From: Sphyrna mokarran
Taxonomy: Eukaryota
DNA: 64,000 nucleotides
Direction: 5' to 3'
Assembly (NCBI GenBank): GCA_024679065.1
Contig: JAGIQG010000021.1
Location: 20,088,001 to 20,152,000, forward strand
The translations under genes were made by a program, and so were the position numbers. Numbering within the stretch: the first letter of the stretch is position 1; every line of letters begins with the position of its first letter. The notes beneath the pieces are model-generated. The model did no database searches. It was not told where the DNA came from and was given only the letters and a program-made list of their open reading frames with translations. Positions 39,577 to 51,267 of this stretch are shown here, one piece after another.

Positions 39577-42139
39577 ATGACAAAAATATGTATTGCCTAG
39601 CCTAATGACCAAATCTTGTAATTCTGACAGCTAATGAAGTTGAAAAGTCTAGTTAAAATAAAGTCCCAACAGAAATATTCTTTTCTTTTCATGATTGAGT
39701 TGGGCTGGCATATGTTTCCAATTGGATGTTCTATCTTTACTTCCCTGGGTGTAGCCATTTTTGTTGCATTACCAAAGAATGTCAAGTTTTCAAGAATTAA
39801 ATCACCTATTTTGTTTATAGGTCATTTAATTAGTACCTCAGTTATTATTTTGCATAAGTTAAGCAACTGACGTGCTCTGGACATACTATTTAATGCCTTT
39901 CTTAGTAGATAATCTGAGAGTTAATAGATTTTAAAAAGAGGAACCTGAAGATTGATGGAAAGCTAATCATAGAAAGGCATAGAAACATGGGTATCAAGTT
40001 AGAAGAACTGCAATACCTCTATGGATTATGACATTCTCTGTTAATCAGAAATCACCCAATACAATTGTTTTTGCAACACTGGATCTATGTTATCTTCACA
40101 CCATGAACCATGTATGAGTTGTGCATTACTAAGATGAAATGATTTTCAATTCAACATATTTAGGTTTAAGAACAATGATGAAATGGCTTACACCAAATGT
40201 TTCCACATTCAACTCTACTGTCACTGTTCTTTGAGATTACCCTTCAGACTTAACATCCAAACATCCAACATGGCCAAAATAAAAGTTTTGAATCCTATCC
40301 CTTTGTATAAACAAAATGAATTTGAATGGAATAACCATTAAAACAGTCCACTCATCTTAACATATGTACATCAATGTTAGAAATAGTAACATTTTTGTTC
40401 CTTAATTTCTAATGCAAAGATATGTATACCTAAAATAAGTTGTTATTTTAAGGGTAGTGGAGCCAAAATGCTGGATCATTACTATAAGTAATTTAAACTG
40501 ACAACATATGGTTCATATTTACACCAGAGCAAGTACTTATTACGTAATTGTCATGAAATAAGGAAAAATACCTGATTTGGAATGAGTCTAAATTTATTTG
40601 AGTTATATGGTTATAATATCCCTGGCAAGTTTGAATATTGCATTGTGAAAGCAGCAAACTTAAATTACAAGAGATTATACAGTTTACTAGTCCTCTTCTT
40701 TGTGTCAGGTGGATTACTACAAAAATATTTCAATAAAATGTAAACATAGTGTCAACTACATAATCTATTTACTGACTTAAATGCAAACAAACGCTACCAG
40801 TAATAAAAACAAATAATTCAAAAAATCTTTTGTATTCCTGGGCCTCAGCACTATTCTGGCACTAACAGTTGTTGACCATTCATGGTATTTTGCTTGGACT
40901 GCGTATTATTTGCGTGTTCAGCACTTTATTCTGTGTTTCTTTATTTGTATGCAAACTCAATCTTTTGGTTGCAAATCTTTTCGGTTGATGACTCCATGTT
41001 TTCCCTGCGGGTCAATAATAACATACCACAAGAAGACAAGCTATTATTATAGTAACGCGTAGGTGCGTTGACTGAGTTTATCTGAATAATCAGAATACCA
41101 ATAATAGCAGAGTATCCCGTGTCAATGAGAGGATTTGCAGACAAAGATATGTTATTCTTTAGATGATTACAATAAAATTCACAAGGTGCAAATTTGTCTT
41201 GGCCAGTTAGCCTTTTCCATTATCATATAAGGTAACAGTTTTATTTTCCAAGTTGCCCATTCGAGTGAAATGTCTTATTCGGTTTAGAAGTGGGCACCAA
41301 AGTAGATGGTTATTCCATGTATCTGTCCTTTACTAAATGCGCGTACATATCGCGATTAAGCGCCGCAATCAATGGAAAGGATATATAATCATTAAAGCAT
41401 ACTGCGTTTTCAGCGAGTTATACATTTGTTCCGTGGCCAATATCCTAATATGGGCATTCTGTGTCAGCAGCATTTTGAGTGTTGATAAATACGAGTCGAG
41501 AGCAACGGGGAGGGGGGATGGGATAAGCTGCGCTTTTTTTTCAGCGACTAGGTTGCCTCTCCCAAGCGGCTTGACTGAAATGCTTCCATTTCGAATTTGT
41601 GCCAATGGGTTCCTTTCACGTTAGCTTTGCAGTTTTGAAAATCGACGCCTAGAGATGTGGACATCTTGGAAGTTGCGTTAAAATCAGAACGAGTTGCTTT
41701 CAATCAACCATTCGAACTTAATGCCCATACAAGGTCTCTGTTTACCTTTTATTGTAACTAATTGTACAGCGGTTGTGCAAATCGATGCACATTGATTGAC
41801 GTTACTCAGATTTACTTCTGTCACACTAACGACAAGCCGGCGGACAGGAGAGTAAAAGTTATTCCCCGGTATTGTGTCCTGTAGGCTTGCCTGAGTGAAT
41901 ACTGAACGCTGCCAGAGCTTGAAATTGGGCAATGCCCTACCAGAAGGAGCCATGGTCGCTCTTCGAATGGGGGAAAGAGTATTGTGCGCTGGTTTCAAAG
42001 GTTCTCTCATGTAACACTTCACCATGGTGGAGGGCACTGAGTGACAAGCCAGTGAGACAAATGAACAGTGACTAACAGGATACCACGGTGCTACAATCAT
42101 CAATATTGCCATGGCCGTGCATCATATCTGCTCAATGTG

Positions 42140-42660
42140 AGGGGGAAGGGAGGGGGAAGATCCAGCTGACTCACGGCACTGTCACACTTTGCAAAACGCA
42201 CGGACAATAAAAGGGCGATTGGAGCAAGGCTGCTTCTCTGGCGGGGGGTGGGGGGGGGGTAAAAAAATGAAATAAAATAGTGACGCGCTTTGATGCATGT
42301 CAGAAACGAAGCAGCTTTCTCAAAGAACGCAAGACATTGCTAGCCCGATGCATAGCCAATTAGAAGAGGACACGAAAGAGATTTGCACATCGCGGTGAAA
42401 CAAAACTGTGAGGCTGGGGAATGACATTGTTTAGATGCGAGGGAAGAGTCAGTATCAGCGCACAGAGAGGGACGGAGGGGGGAGCGCGCCTTTCTGCTGT
42501 TCCATTTCATGCCGTCCTTTCTTAATTTGGAAAAATAGAATTTATCTTTCTGCCATTACCATACAAGGCTGCTTCTTGCCCGTATTTGGTGCTGTAGTTA
42601 GATTCTCCGACCTCAGGCGGGGCTGCATTGATTGACAGCTCCCGCTCCTGACGCCACAGC
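42140..42660 (+). promoter_or_regulatory. CBX4: CBX4 proximal promoter
   Basis: CpG-rich. CCAAT boxes (gattgg ~42217, agccaat ~42354), GC box 42616-42622, PBX/PREP-MEIS decamer TGATTGACAG 42629-42638, TGACG half-CRE ~42649. No upstream ATG between 42660 and the start codon. Confidence 0.65.
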
Positions 42661-42698
42661 GTTGTGTTGCTGCGTTCCTGCGTTGCCGGCTCTGCAGC

Positions 42699-42730
42699 AG
42701 AGAGAGAGAGAGAGAGTGAGAGAGAGAGAG
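42699..42730 (+). repeat. (GA)n microsatellite in the probable CBX4 5' UTR
   Basis: agagagag... run with one interruption. Confidence 0.9.
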
Positions 42731-42988
42731 GGAGAGCTGTGACCACCGAGTCTAGATCCAAAGGGGGCGGGGGGAACGGAAAAGCCCGCTCGGAAAGGGT
42801 GCCAAAAATTAAATAAAAGGAGTAGTGAAAGGGAAAGCGAGAGTCCCCTGCAGGAGGTGGAGGAAAGGGGGAGGTGGGTTGCTCCGGGGGGGTCGGGTGG
42901 TGTGGTGGTGGGGTTGGGGGGGTGTGTTTGAAGCGATCTGCAGTTAAGCAGAAGGTCAAGCGGCGTCCGAGCTGCTCCTCGCATCGTT

Positions 42989-43057
42989 ATGGAGTTGCCA
43001 GCGGCGGGGGAGCACGTCTTTGCCGTGGAAAGCATCGAAAAGAAACGGATCAGGAAG
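42989..43057 (+). CDS. CBX4: CBX4 coding exon 1 (MELPAAGEHVFAVESIEKKRIRK), chromodomain start
   Basis: Near-identical to the vertebrate CBX4 N-terminus. 69 nt. Donor AAG|gtaatg. Confidence 0.97.
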
Positions 43058-43155
43058 GTAATGTGAGCAGCTCCGGCTCACCTCGCCACGTTATTGCCCG
43101 GCAGTAGTGCTGTCTGTGCCTCTCACTGACGAACGCTGTCTTTATTTCTCCACAG

Positions 43156-43199
43156 GGGCGGGTCGAGTACCTGGTGAAATGGAGGGGATGGTCTCCGAA
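43156..43199 (+). CDS. CBX4: CBX4 exon 2 (GRVEYLVKWRGWSPK)
   Basis: Chromodomain core. ctccacag| acceptor, AA|gtgagt donor. 44 nt. Confidence 0.97.
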
Positions 43200-43247
43200 G
43201 TGAGTCCCATTTCTGTATGTTATTTATGTGTGTTGGAGATGAACTAC

Positions 43248-43294
43248 AGTGTGTGTGTATGTGTGTGTGTGTGTGTGTGTGTATGTGTGTGTGT
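43248..43294 (+). repeat. (TG)n microsatellite, intron 2
   Basis: Direct TG run. Further TG/TA/CA runs at 43532-43557 and 43768-43820. Confidence 0.95.
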
Positions 43295-43604
43295 TTGCAC
43301 AGAGTGGAAGTCTTGCGGGACCCAGTCCGTGTCCCTTCCCTGACAAAATGCCACCAGTGAATTGGCAGTGGATAACCAATGTAACACACACACAAAATAA
43401 AATGGCCAATGGGAGTCCTGGAATGTCTTGTGGACTGTGAAAGATATGATAGTGTGTGAATGGAGTGAAAATGGCCTCCCTTTGCACACTGCTTGAATGG
43501 CAGCACTTTTAGTTCGTTTCAATTTTCCGCTTGTGTGTGTCCGTGTGTGTGTGTGTGTTTTTGAGAGGCTTTAAAGTGAACTGCTGATGTATCCTTCTCC
43601 ACAG

Positions 43605-43670
43605 ATACAACACGTGGGAGCCAGAGGAGAACATCCTGGACCCCCGGTTGCTCCTGGCTTTCCAACACAG
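43605..43670 (+). CDS. CBX4: CBX4 exon 3 (YNTWEPEENILDPRLLLAFQHR)
   Basis: Chromodomain end. ctccacag| acceptor, CAG|gtaaat donor. 66 nt. Confidence 0.97.
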
Positions 43671-43787
43671 GTAAATGCAAAGGTGGGGGTGGGTGGGTGG
43701 GCAGGAGGGACTGGAAAAACTCTGCCACTAGCCTGAACGCATACACACATCCTTGGATTATACTGCGTGTATATGTGTGTGTGTATG

Positions 43788-43819
<32 letters not shown>

Positions 43820-46021
43820 GAGAGGTCCAAAAGTCGAGAGCTTTCGAAAGTAGAGTGGCTGCACAGTTTCGTAATGAAACTAGAATAGAAGGCTGCAGTG
43901 CTTCGCTGTAGATGTGGTCGAAAGGATTGGAGAGTAGCCGGGATCGAGCGCCTTAGCGAAGCACATCCACCGTGAAATGTGTCAAGTTAAGGTCCCCGCT
44001 ACTACAAGGGAGGAAGAAGAGGGATCGATAATCAGCTGGTAGCGTTACGGCTCCAAATACCAGTATGTTTCCTGCCATGGTGGAAGTTGAAATTGTGCAG
44101 CAACATGTAAAGAAGCAATGATAAAATCTCAGAAATATCGGCGGAATAGATGCAGGGATATAAAAGTTTTTTTAAAAAAGAAACGTTTTTAACCACTGCT
44201 GCGGTGGTGATGTAAGTGTTGATGCGATGTTCCAGATCGTAGCTAGATGGTGCATTCATCTCCGAAGTGAGACTCGGGTGAGGAGGTTCTAGGCTGTCAG
44301 AACACAGAACGTCCTTCTAGCTATAACCTGTTTTTAATGGCCTTCTCTCTCCACTTCTGCTCCATGATGCACCTGCGGGTGCATTTTAAAGGAGCGATGC
44401 TTGTGCCTGACGTTGCAACCTGTATAAATGGGCAGGAGACGCGGGGTTAGGTATCCTCTTTAATTAGGTACACGATAATCGATCTGACGGGTTACCATGG
44501 CTGCCTGCAATCATGTGAATAAATATAGTGGAGCCTGGCTGCGTGAAACCGGGTGGGAGGGACAAAAAAGTTGCTTATCACTAGACCTTCGTAATATAGG
44601 GATAATTGAACTGCCAGCGGAGTCAGGGATACGCATTATTTTACAGTAAGTTTAAATATTTGCATATTAGGCGAAAATGACTGCATTATCTTGGTTTAAA
44701 TACGATCAAAGAGACCCTGCAGGACAAGGGGAGGGCCAATGATTGCAACAGCAATATCCTTTCTCTCCCGCTGCCAGTTACAAGACGGTTGCAATTACTC
44801 AAAATTAGCTAACCAATAACTTCTGCATATTTTGACTGAGTTGCGGGAGCACTGAACATATAACACCAATAAAATCCCCCCACTTTGTGTAAAAAAGGCA
44901 ACTTTAATCATTGCACTTCTCAATGTAGTGATTGCCAAAGTATCCTGTACTTGGTATGTTGCAGTCGAGGTCCTTTTATGGTAGTAAGAATGCAAAAGTC
45001 TGATTTCAATTAATTCAACAGTATAGTTTCACACTGAGAGATTTAATACAAAGCATTGGAGTCCTGTGCAGAAAAATTAATTATCAAAAACAACTGATGC
45101 ATGCTCAATGGCATAATTGCATACTGACTTAAATTCATTTAACAGTAATAAATGGATAGTATGAAATGTCACAAAAACATTAATGAACTGTACAAGGAAG
45201 CCAAAGAGAAAAGGAGTGAGTTGTTACCCTGGCTCAAAGTTGATATTCGATATTTTTTGAATGCATACATTACGTTGCCACAAAACCACAGTTATTAGCA
45301 CACTGATGGGAATTAATGAATGTTTCTTACTTTTAGGATTCATGTGCTGATATTTTGATTGTTCATTGCTGTGTAACGCTGTGGTACAGTTGAAATAGTC
45401 CTATGTATTAATATATTGGACATCTCAGAATGTATTTTAGAGCGATTTTGAATTAATATTCCATTTATGGATGCAAAATTTGGCAATGACTAGAGAAAGG
45501 CATATAATAAATTGGAATATGAGCAGTAAATGAAAAGTGGTGGTTTTTCCAAACTATATGGATATAGGAATGAGAAGGGTTATTCTGAATATGTGAGCTT
45601 GTTAGATCACACTAGATTTTTTCAGAGCCAGATTTGGCCACTGAAAAGCAATTGAGATTGCCTTCTCACTAAAGGTTTACAAAGCATTATTATCATTATA
45701 GACCATTGTGTGGGCAGTTCACTTGTTATATAAACTCCTTTATAACACCCCTCTCCACAATAAAATGCAAAACTTGATTCTGCATCACCAGTGACAATCT
45801 AATCTCAGTTGGCTACACAAATGTAAACATTTAATTAAAATCGTTAGAGTACTTAGTGACTGATTAAACTAAGAAGATTTAGAGATAACATATATAATAG
45901 TGAAACCAAAGATTGCAGTTCTTTATGGGGTTGGGAACAGAAAACAGTTCTTAAAATGATTAGTAATTTCATTATTGTAAGTGACTATAATGCTAACCTC
46001 TCTTTTAACCAATGACCACAG

Positions 46022-46088
46022 GGAAAGACAAGAGCAGTCAATGGGTTATCGTAAGCGAGGACCAAAGCCCAAACACCTACTGGTTCAG
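46022..46088 (+). CDS. CBX4: CBX4 exon 4 (ERQEQSMGYRKRGPKPKHLLVQ), AT-hook-like motif
   Basis: RKRGPKPK motif of Pc-class CBX proteins. Branch point tgctaac, cacag| acceptor, CAG|gtaata donor. 67 nt restores frame. Confidence 0.96.
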
Positions 46089-47049
46089 GTAATATTATCT
46101 GTCTAATGCTCATTTGTGTGTTAAATATGAACCAGATTGGAGCAATTTGTCACATGCTATCTGGCTTCATATAATCGAGTTGAATTCAGTTTCACAAATA
46201 TATTCCCAGCCACCTTGTATACTTACTTTGAGCAGGCAGTTGTGAAATGTCAGCGTAATATTATAAAATAATGTTGACATAGATCTTAGAACACAAGGGA
46301 GCCTGTTGCTGAAAGGCATAAATAGATCTGGAAAAACAGATGTACATTCGAGCATAAAATTAACTGAATTTGTTTTATTTCAACTATAATATTGTTTTGA
46401 AAATAACGTACAAAACATGTTTAAATAGTAGATTTCATGCTGCCAGATACAGTTCAGTAGAATTTCAATCTGTTAATGATCCCAATTTGCAAATACAATC
46501 ACATCCATCTAAAACAACCAGGCACTGGTTCATTTTTTTAATGGATTCATAAATGAATAGTGAGCATTCAAAACAACATCGACAGTAAGTAACCAAAAAC
46601 AGCGTCCCTCTTCAGGGACACCAAATTCATGCTGGTGTCCATTGCTGCAGAAGGTTTGGTGCTCACGGTTGAATGGGTTAGTAACAACTGTTGTGATGGA
46701 GTGGTTGCTGGTTGCTCTGATACAACAACCAAGAAGAAACTAATGGTTGGCTCCACGCATGGGTTCCTCCTCGACATATAAAGCGTATTGACAGTGGAAT
46801 CGACCTTGCCTTTCCTCAGCTGGGAATGGAATCTGGCAGGCGGGTGAAATGAGACAGATAAAGGTGAAAATGTAACCCATTTCTGTTTTGGGCCTTGCAT
46901 CATGGAGTGACTCAAAGGCAAAACCCCCATTTCAATTGGATAAATGAAGATCTGCTCGCCAGATTTAAGTTGTAGTCTTGCCTTTTAATTAATTGACTAC
47001 TTACCAGAATTTGAAACCCAAATAATACTCATCTGTTCTTCATTTGCAG

Positions 47050-48444
47050 CTGCCAGCTTTTGCTCGTCGCTCGAATGTTCCCTCGGAGCTGCAGGATCCG
47101 AGTTTGGATGAAGAGCGATCCAAGAGCGATATCCAACAGCCGCCCATCAAACGGCAATACCAACTGAACAGCAAAAAGCTTCACCAGTACAAGCCCTGTA
47201 ACACTGAGGAACAACGCCAGCATCAAGCTACTAAACATTTCTACCAGCTCAACAGCAAGAAGCATCACCATTATCAGCCGGACATCATGTACCCCAATCA
47301 ACAGACCGACTCTCACCGAAGCGAAACAGAAGTGAACCACGAACAGCATCAACCTATTCCGGAGCAGGAAGCAGAGCATAGCTTTCTAAAGAATGGGAAT
47401 CACAGCCCCGCTGTAGGCATGGAGAAATCTGAAGTCAAGGAGATGGATTCGAAACCCGGGAACGGGCCAGAACTAGACAAGGAAAGTGTGAAAAACAATG
47501 GCATGAATGGTAGAATGAAGATAGTTAAAAATAAAAACAAGAACGGTAGGATTGTAATAGTCATGAGCAAATACATGGATAATGGGATCCAGTCGGCGAA
47601 GGATAAACACAGTAAGAACGGGGAAGGAGGGAATGAGTCAGTGGCGAGCAAGACTGGAGACCGGGAGCTATGGATAGTTAAAAACGGATATGGCAAAACT
47701 GTTGCGGCGGAGGACAGAGTAGAAAGGGGCGAGGATAATAATGCTATAAATGGGAGGCAAGAGACCGCTAAGCCTCGGAATGGCAACAAAGAGGCGGAGG
47801 CCGATAAGAATGGTTATTTTAGGACTCTGGTGGCTAAAGAGGCGGTAGCTACAGCGCCAAATAAAAATATGAACGGGGAGGTAGCGGAGAAAGGGAGTGT
47901 CCAGATAGCCAGTGGGAAGGAGATGAGGACTCGGAAGGAAGCCTCGGGGCAGGAGCAATGTGAACCGGCAGCTCCAGTGCGATGGGCCTGTGATTCGGAG
48001 GTCTCCAGGAGGGATGGCTTATACTCCAAACTGTCCAAGTCCCGGAAACGCTACTTGTCCGAACCCATCGTGGAGAAAGAGGCCAAGAAACCCACGACAT
48101 GCAGAAGCATCAGTGTCCCGGGAAGCGCAGTCCAGCTGGAGCAGGAGGATCTCATTGAGCTGCAGGGGATCGATAGTTATCGGAATGAGGGGATTGATGG
48201 CTCTTTGCACTCAAATCCCGAGCAGCCAATCGATTTGAGCTGTGTAAAGTCCAGGCCAGAGCCCCAGAAGGCGGCGGCGGCACAGCAGCAGCAGCAGCCG
48301 GCGAGTGAGGAGAAAGACGGGAGGGCGAGGGGAGAGCAGCAATATCCATGGACTGGCCTCAAACCTTACCTGGGAAACCTGATAATCACAGATGTCACAG
48401 CGAACTGCCTCACGGTTACATTTAAGGAATATGTGACGGTGTGA
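47050..48444 (+). CDS. CBX4: CBX4 exon 5 (464 aa + stop); total protein 546 aa, E3 SUMO-protein ligase CBX4/Pc2
   Basis: PAFARRSNV, two YQLNSKK(L/H)H.Y.P motifs, MKIVKNKNKNGRIVIVMSKYM (SIM), PIDLS (CtBP-binding), C-box GNLIITDVTANCLTVTFKEYVTV*. Acceptor tttgcag|. Confidence 0.97.
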   Translation: MPAFARRSNVPSELQDPSLDEERSKSDIQQPPIKRQYQLNSKKLHQYKPCNTEEQRQHQATKHFYQLNSKKHHHYQPDIMYPNQQTDSHRSETEVNHEQHQPIPEQEAEHSFLKNGNHSPAVGMEKSEVKEMDSKPGNGPELDKESVKNNGMNGRMKIVKNKNKNGRIVIVMSKYMDNGIQSAKDKHSKNGEGGNESVASKTGDRELWIVKNGYGKTVAAEDRVERGEDNNAINGRQETAKPRNGNKEAEADKNGYFRTLVAKEAVATAPNKNMNGEVAEKGSVQIASGKEMRTRKEASGQEQCEPAAPVRWACDSEVSRRDGLYSKLSKSRKRYLSEPIVEKEAKKPTTCRSISVPGSAVQLEQEDLIELQGIDSYRNEGIDGSLHSNPEQPIDLSCVKSRPEPQKAAAAQQQQQPASEEKDGRARGEQQYPWTGLKPYLGNLIITDVTANCLTVTFKEYVTV

Positions 48445-49235
48445 AGGAAACTTCAGGAGGATTTAGAAAGCAGGCAGAGATGTGTAGAGTAAATGCACTC
48501 TTTAACCCAAATCTCCGTTCTTGACACTGAAGATGTATGCAATTTTATTTATACACGGGCACATTATATATGTAGAAGTGAATATGTGTCCGGAGTTAAA
48601 CTGGACAGACCGGCAGCAAGGAGCACCGAATAAACTGCTTCCTTACATCTGGATTTTTAATTTTTTAAAAGCAAAATCTTAAAATAATAAAACCACATTA
48701 TTAGATGTTTGATACATTATTTCAATTTTTAATCCAATGTCAGATATATTGAATATTTGTGATAATATGTGTGCTATTTAAATGTGCAGATTCTTTGTAT
48801 TTCTGTCTGTTTGATATTTCTGAAGCTGGCGAGCTTGTGCTGCTATGATAGAAATGTATTTTTTTTGTGCTTGAATGTAAATATGTGATAAACGCCTTTA
48901 AAACACCGGACTCGCTGTTGCAGCAGGGCGACAGTGAATAAGGCCGTGGAAGAATGTTGATATTCTGTTTTGTATCTCCGGGACGCCATTTTTGATCTGG
49001 CGTTTCTTATTACCAGCCGAAAGTGAATAAGAAATTCTATGAAATAAGACTGAGTCATATTATTAATTTGTGCCGCGCAATGTATAAGTCAATATAGTGT
49101 CATCGTGAAGCCACTCTCTCGAAGGACTCTGGTACCGTGTCTGAGTGAATGAAACTCGAACCTTTCCTTTGAAATCTTACTGCAAATATTTTAAAGTAAC
49201 TTTTTTTATTAAAACAAGTCATACTGCGTGTAGCT
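48445..49235 (+). other. CBX4: Probable CBX4 3' UTR with candidate poly(A) signals
   Basis: AATAAA at 48629 and 48686. ATTAAA at 49208 followed by GT-rich sequence. The true end is unknown. Confidence 0.55.
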
Positions 49236-51267
49236 GTGGTTACCAGCTGGCGTCATTTCTCGGAAGCCACAGTTTGATATGTGTCACATTGACAAACGGT
49301 GCAGATTAAAATAGTCAAGGAGGCAACATCCTGTGACTTGGAGCGAAGTAACTACATCAAAGTACCATTGCCCTTCAGGCCCCTGAGCCAGGAATTCATT
49401 GCTTCTTCACAGGGTGTGCGACGTCGAAATGACTGTTACCCTCTCGGGGCATTTATCTGAAAATGGAATTATTGGGAATACATGGCTCTCTTAATCTCGG
49501 ACAAGGCGACCGTTTTACCAACTGATCGTCAAAGTATCTTTAAAACGAAGTACCAAAGTACCACGTTAATCCCCACTTTGCATTATAAATACAGAGCCAA
49601 GAACAAGGCTTTTGCTTTTTAACAATGATACTTTTGGAGTTTCCAGAAACCTATTCTCATTTAAGTCACTGCTGTAGCTAGAAACTGGGTAAGTGTGATC
49701 ATTGGCGTGTCCGAGGACCAGAAAAGAAAAACAAGTAAATTCAAGAGCCGTCTAGAAAAGAGAACATTATTGTGTGCCCCCAGCCCTTCCATTTATTAGT
49801 AAATTACATATCGAAGCAGTTTTAGTACAAAAAGTTTGTGGTTTGAGGTAAGGTGTTTTTGAGAAACACATTGTGAAAATCTTTACAATCCGGATCGGCT
49901 TGGAAAGCCAAGAAGAGAAGCCAAATTTAGTCAGATATTCTAAGAAGAGAAAGAAGTAAGAGAGATATTTGGTGTCAACTTGGTACATGGATGAGACATT
50001 TGTAAGGCTGCAATCGGTAGAAAGCCCCTGACAGACATAACAAATTAATAGATTTTGGAGTTTTCCAAAGTGTTGTTACAGACTGCCCAACTAGCCGTGG
50101 CTTTTGCAGCACTAAGCTTGGAATTCTAGACACTTTGCCTCAGATAGCTGTAAGCTGGCCCTACCTTGGACCAGTATGAATTTAGCCATTTATACTTCAG
50201 AAACGTCTTTACAGATGCTTGAAAGTTCCTATGTCTGACTGTTGCCGACCTGTGTCACCATGTTCTGTCTTTAGCTATGTTCTGTAAGGGGACAGAATCA
50301 ACAAGTGGAAAATAGTGAGTTCCTCGCTGTTTTGGTGTGGAGATACAGTGTGGAATTCTATATACAGAACAAGACAAATGGCATTGTCGACCAAAACCAA
50401 TCAAAATGAAAAAGTAGTGAGAATAGTCAAGACATATCCAACCCGGCAGAGCCCGAGGATCAAACTGCGGCTGTTAATCCTGACTCCCCAGGCGTCACAG
50501 TCCAACATAAACTTACACATCTTACTTCCTGGATCGTTCTGTTTGAACTTTGTGCTACTGGAGATTTGCAAAGGGCTGGTTTCATGATTGTGCTTGAGAA
50601 ATCTTGAATTTGAACAGAGTCCCACCAACATTAGCAGCTTGGGAAAGCCGAAAATTAATGCAAACATGGATGTAATCTATATGTTCCATTCCTGAGATCT
50701 TGTGGTAGCATCTCCGCAGCTCAGAAGACGACCGGAGAACTAAGTAGTGTCAACACAACAGAAATCTTCTTTCATGCGCCTTCGGAAAACCAAATACACA
50801 TTTGATAATGGCAACCAAATCATTTGTGAGGCTGAAAGAAGTGTGTGTACTCCTTTGAATATTCTCTGACAGATGTGCGTGCAGGTCTTTGAAGACTATC
50901 TGACATTGTCTCCAGTACTTTCTTTACCTAGGAAGAAGAGCGACTTTGATTTCTGATTATAAAACTGCAGATCTACCAATCCATTGTGTGCAATTTGAAC
51001 AATTGCATCGTTGGTATGTAGCACCTCGGTGCATAGTACTAATAAAGAAGGATATAAATAGCATAAAGACGACACAAACCTGCTCTACCTAAATATAGAA
51101 CAATTCGCACCATTTTCTTTTAGCCAGAATCTCCTTTTGCACCAATTACCTTCAGCCACCTCGATACTATGTTTATATGGTACTAAAAAGATGCTTCTGA
51201 GTCTGTTGGATTCCAATTCTCTCACCAAGATTCGAGCTGGAAGTGAACTGGTGAAGGAGATATTTTA

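Noticed and set aside
42435-43888. Many short ORFs around CBX4 exons 1-3
   Set aside because: Derived from GC-rich and microsatellite sequence. The real coding parts are the spliced exons.
47044-47049. ORF-track start of the 466-aa ORF
   Set aside because: This is the intronic ttgcag splice acceptor. The exon starts at 47050.
47150-47285. Duplicated YQLNSKKxHxYxP motif as a novelty
   Set aside because: Human CBX4 also has two such motifs, so it is a family feature.
47029-48362. Antisense and alternative-frame ORFs over CBX4 exon 5
   Set aside because: Shadow ORFs of a real coding exon, with no independent motifs.
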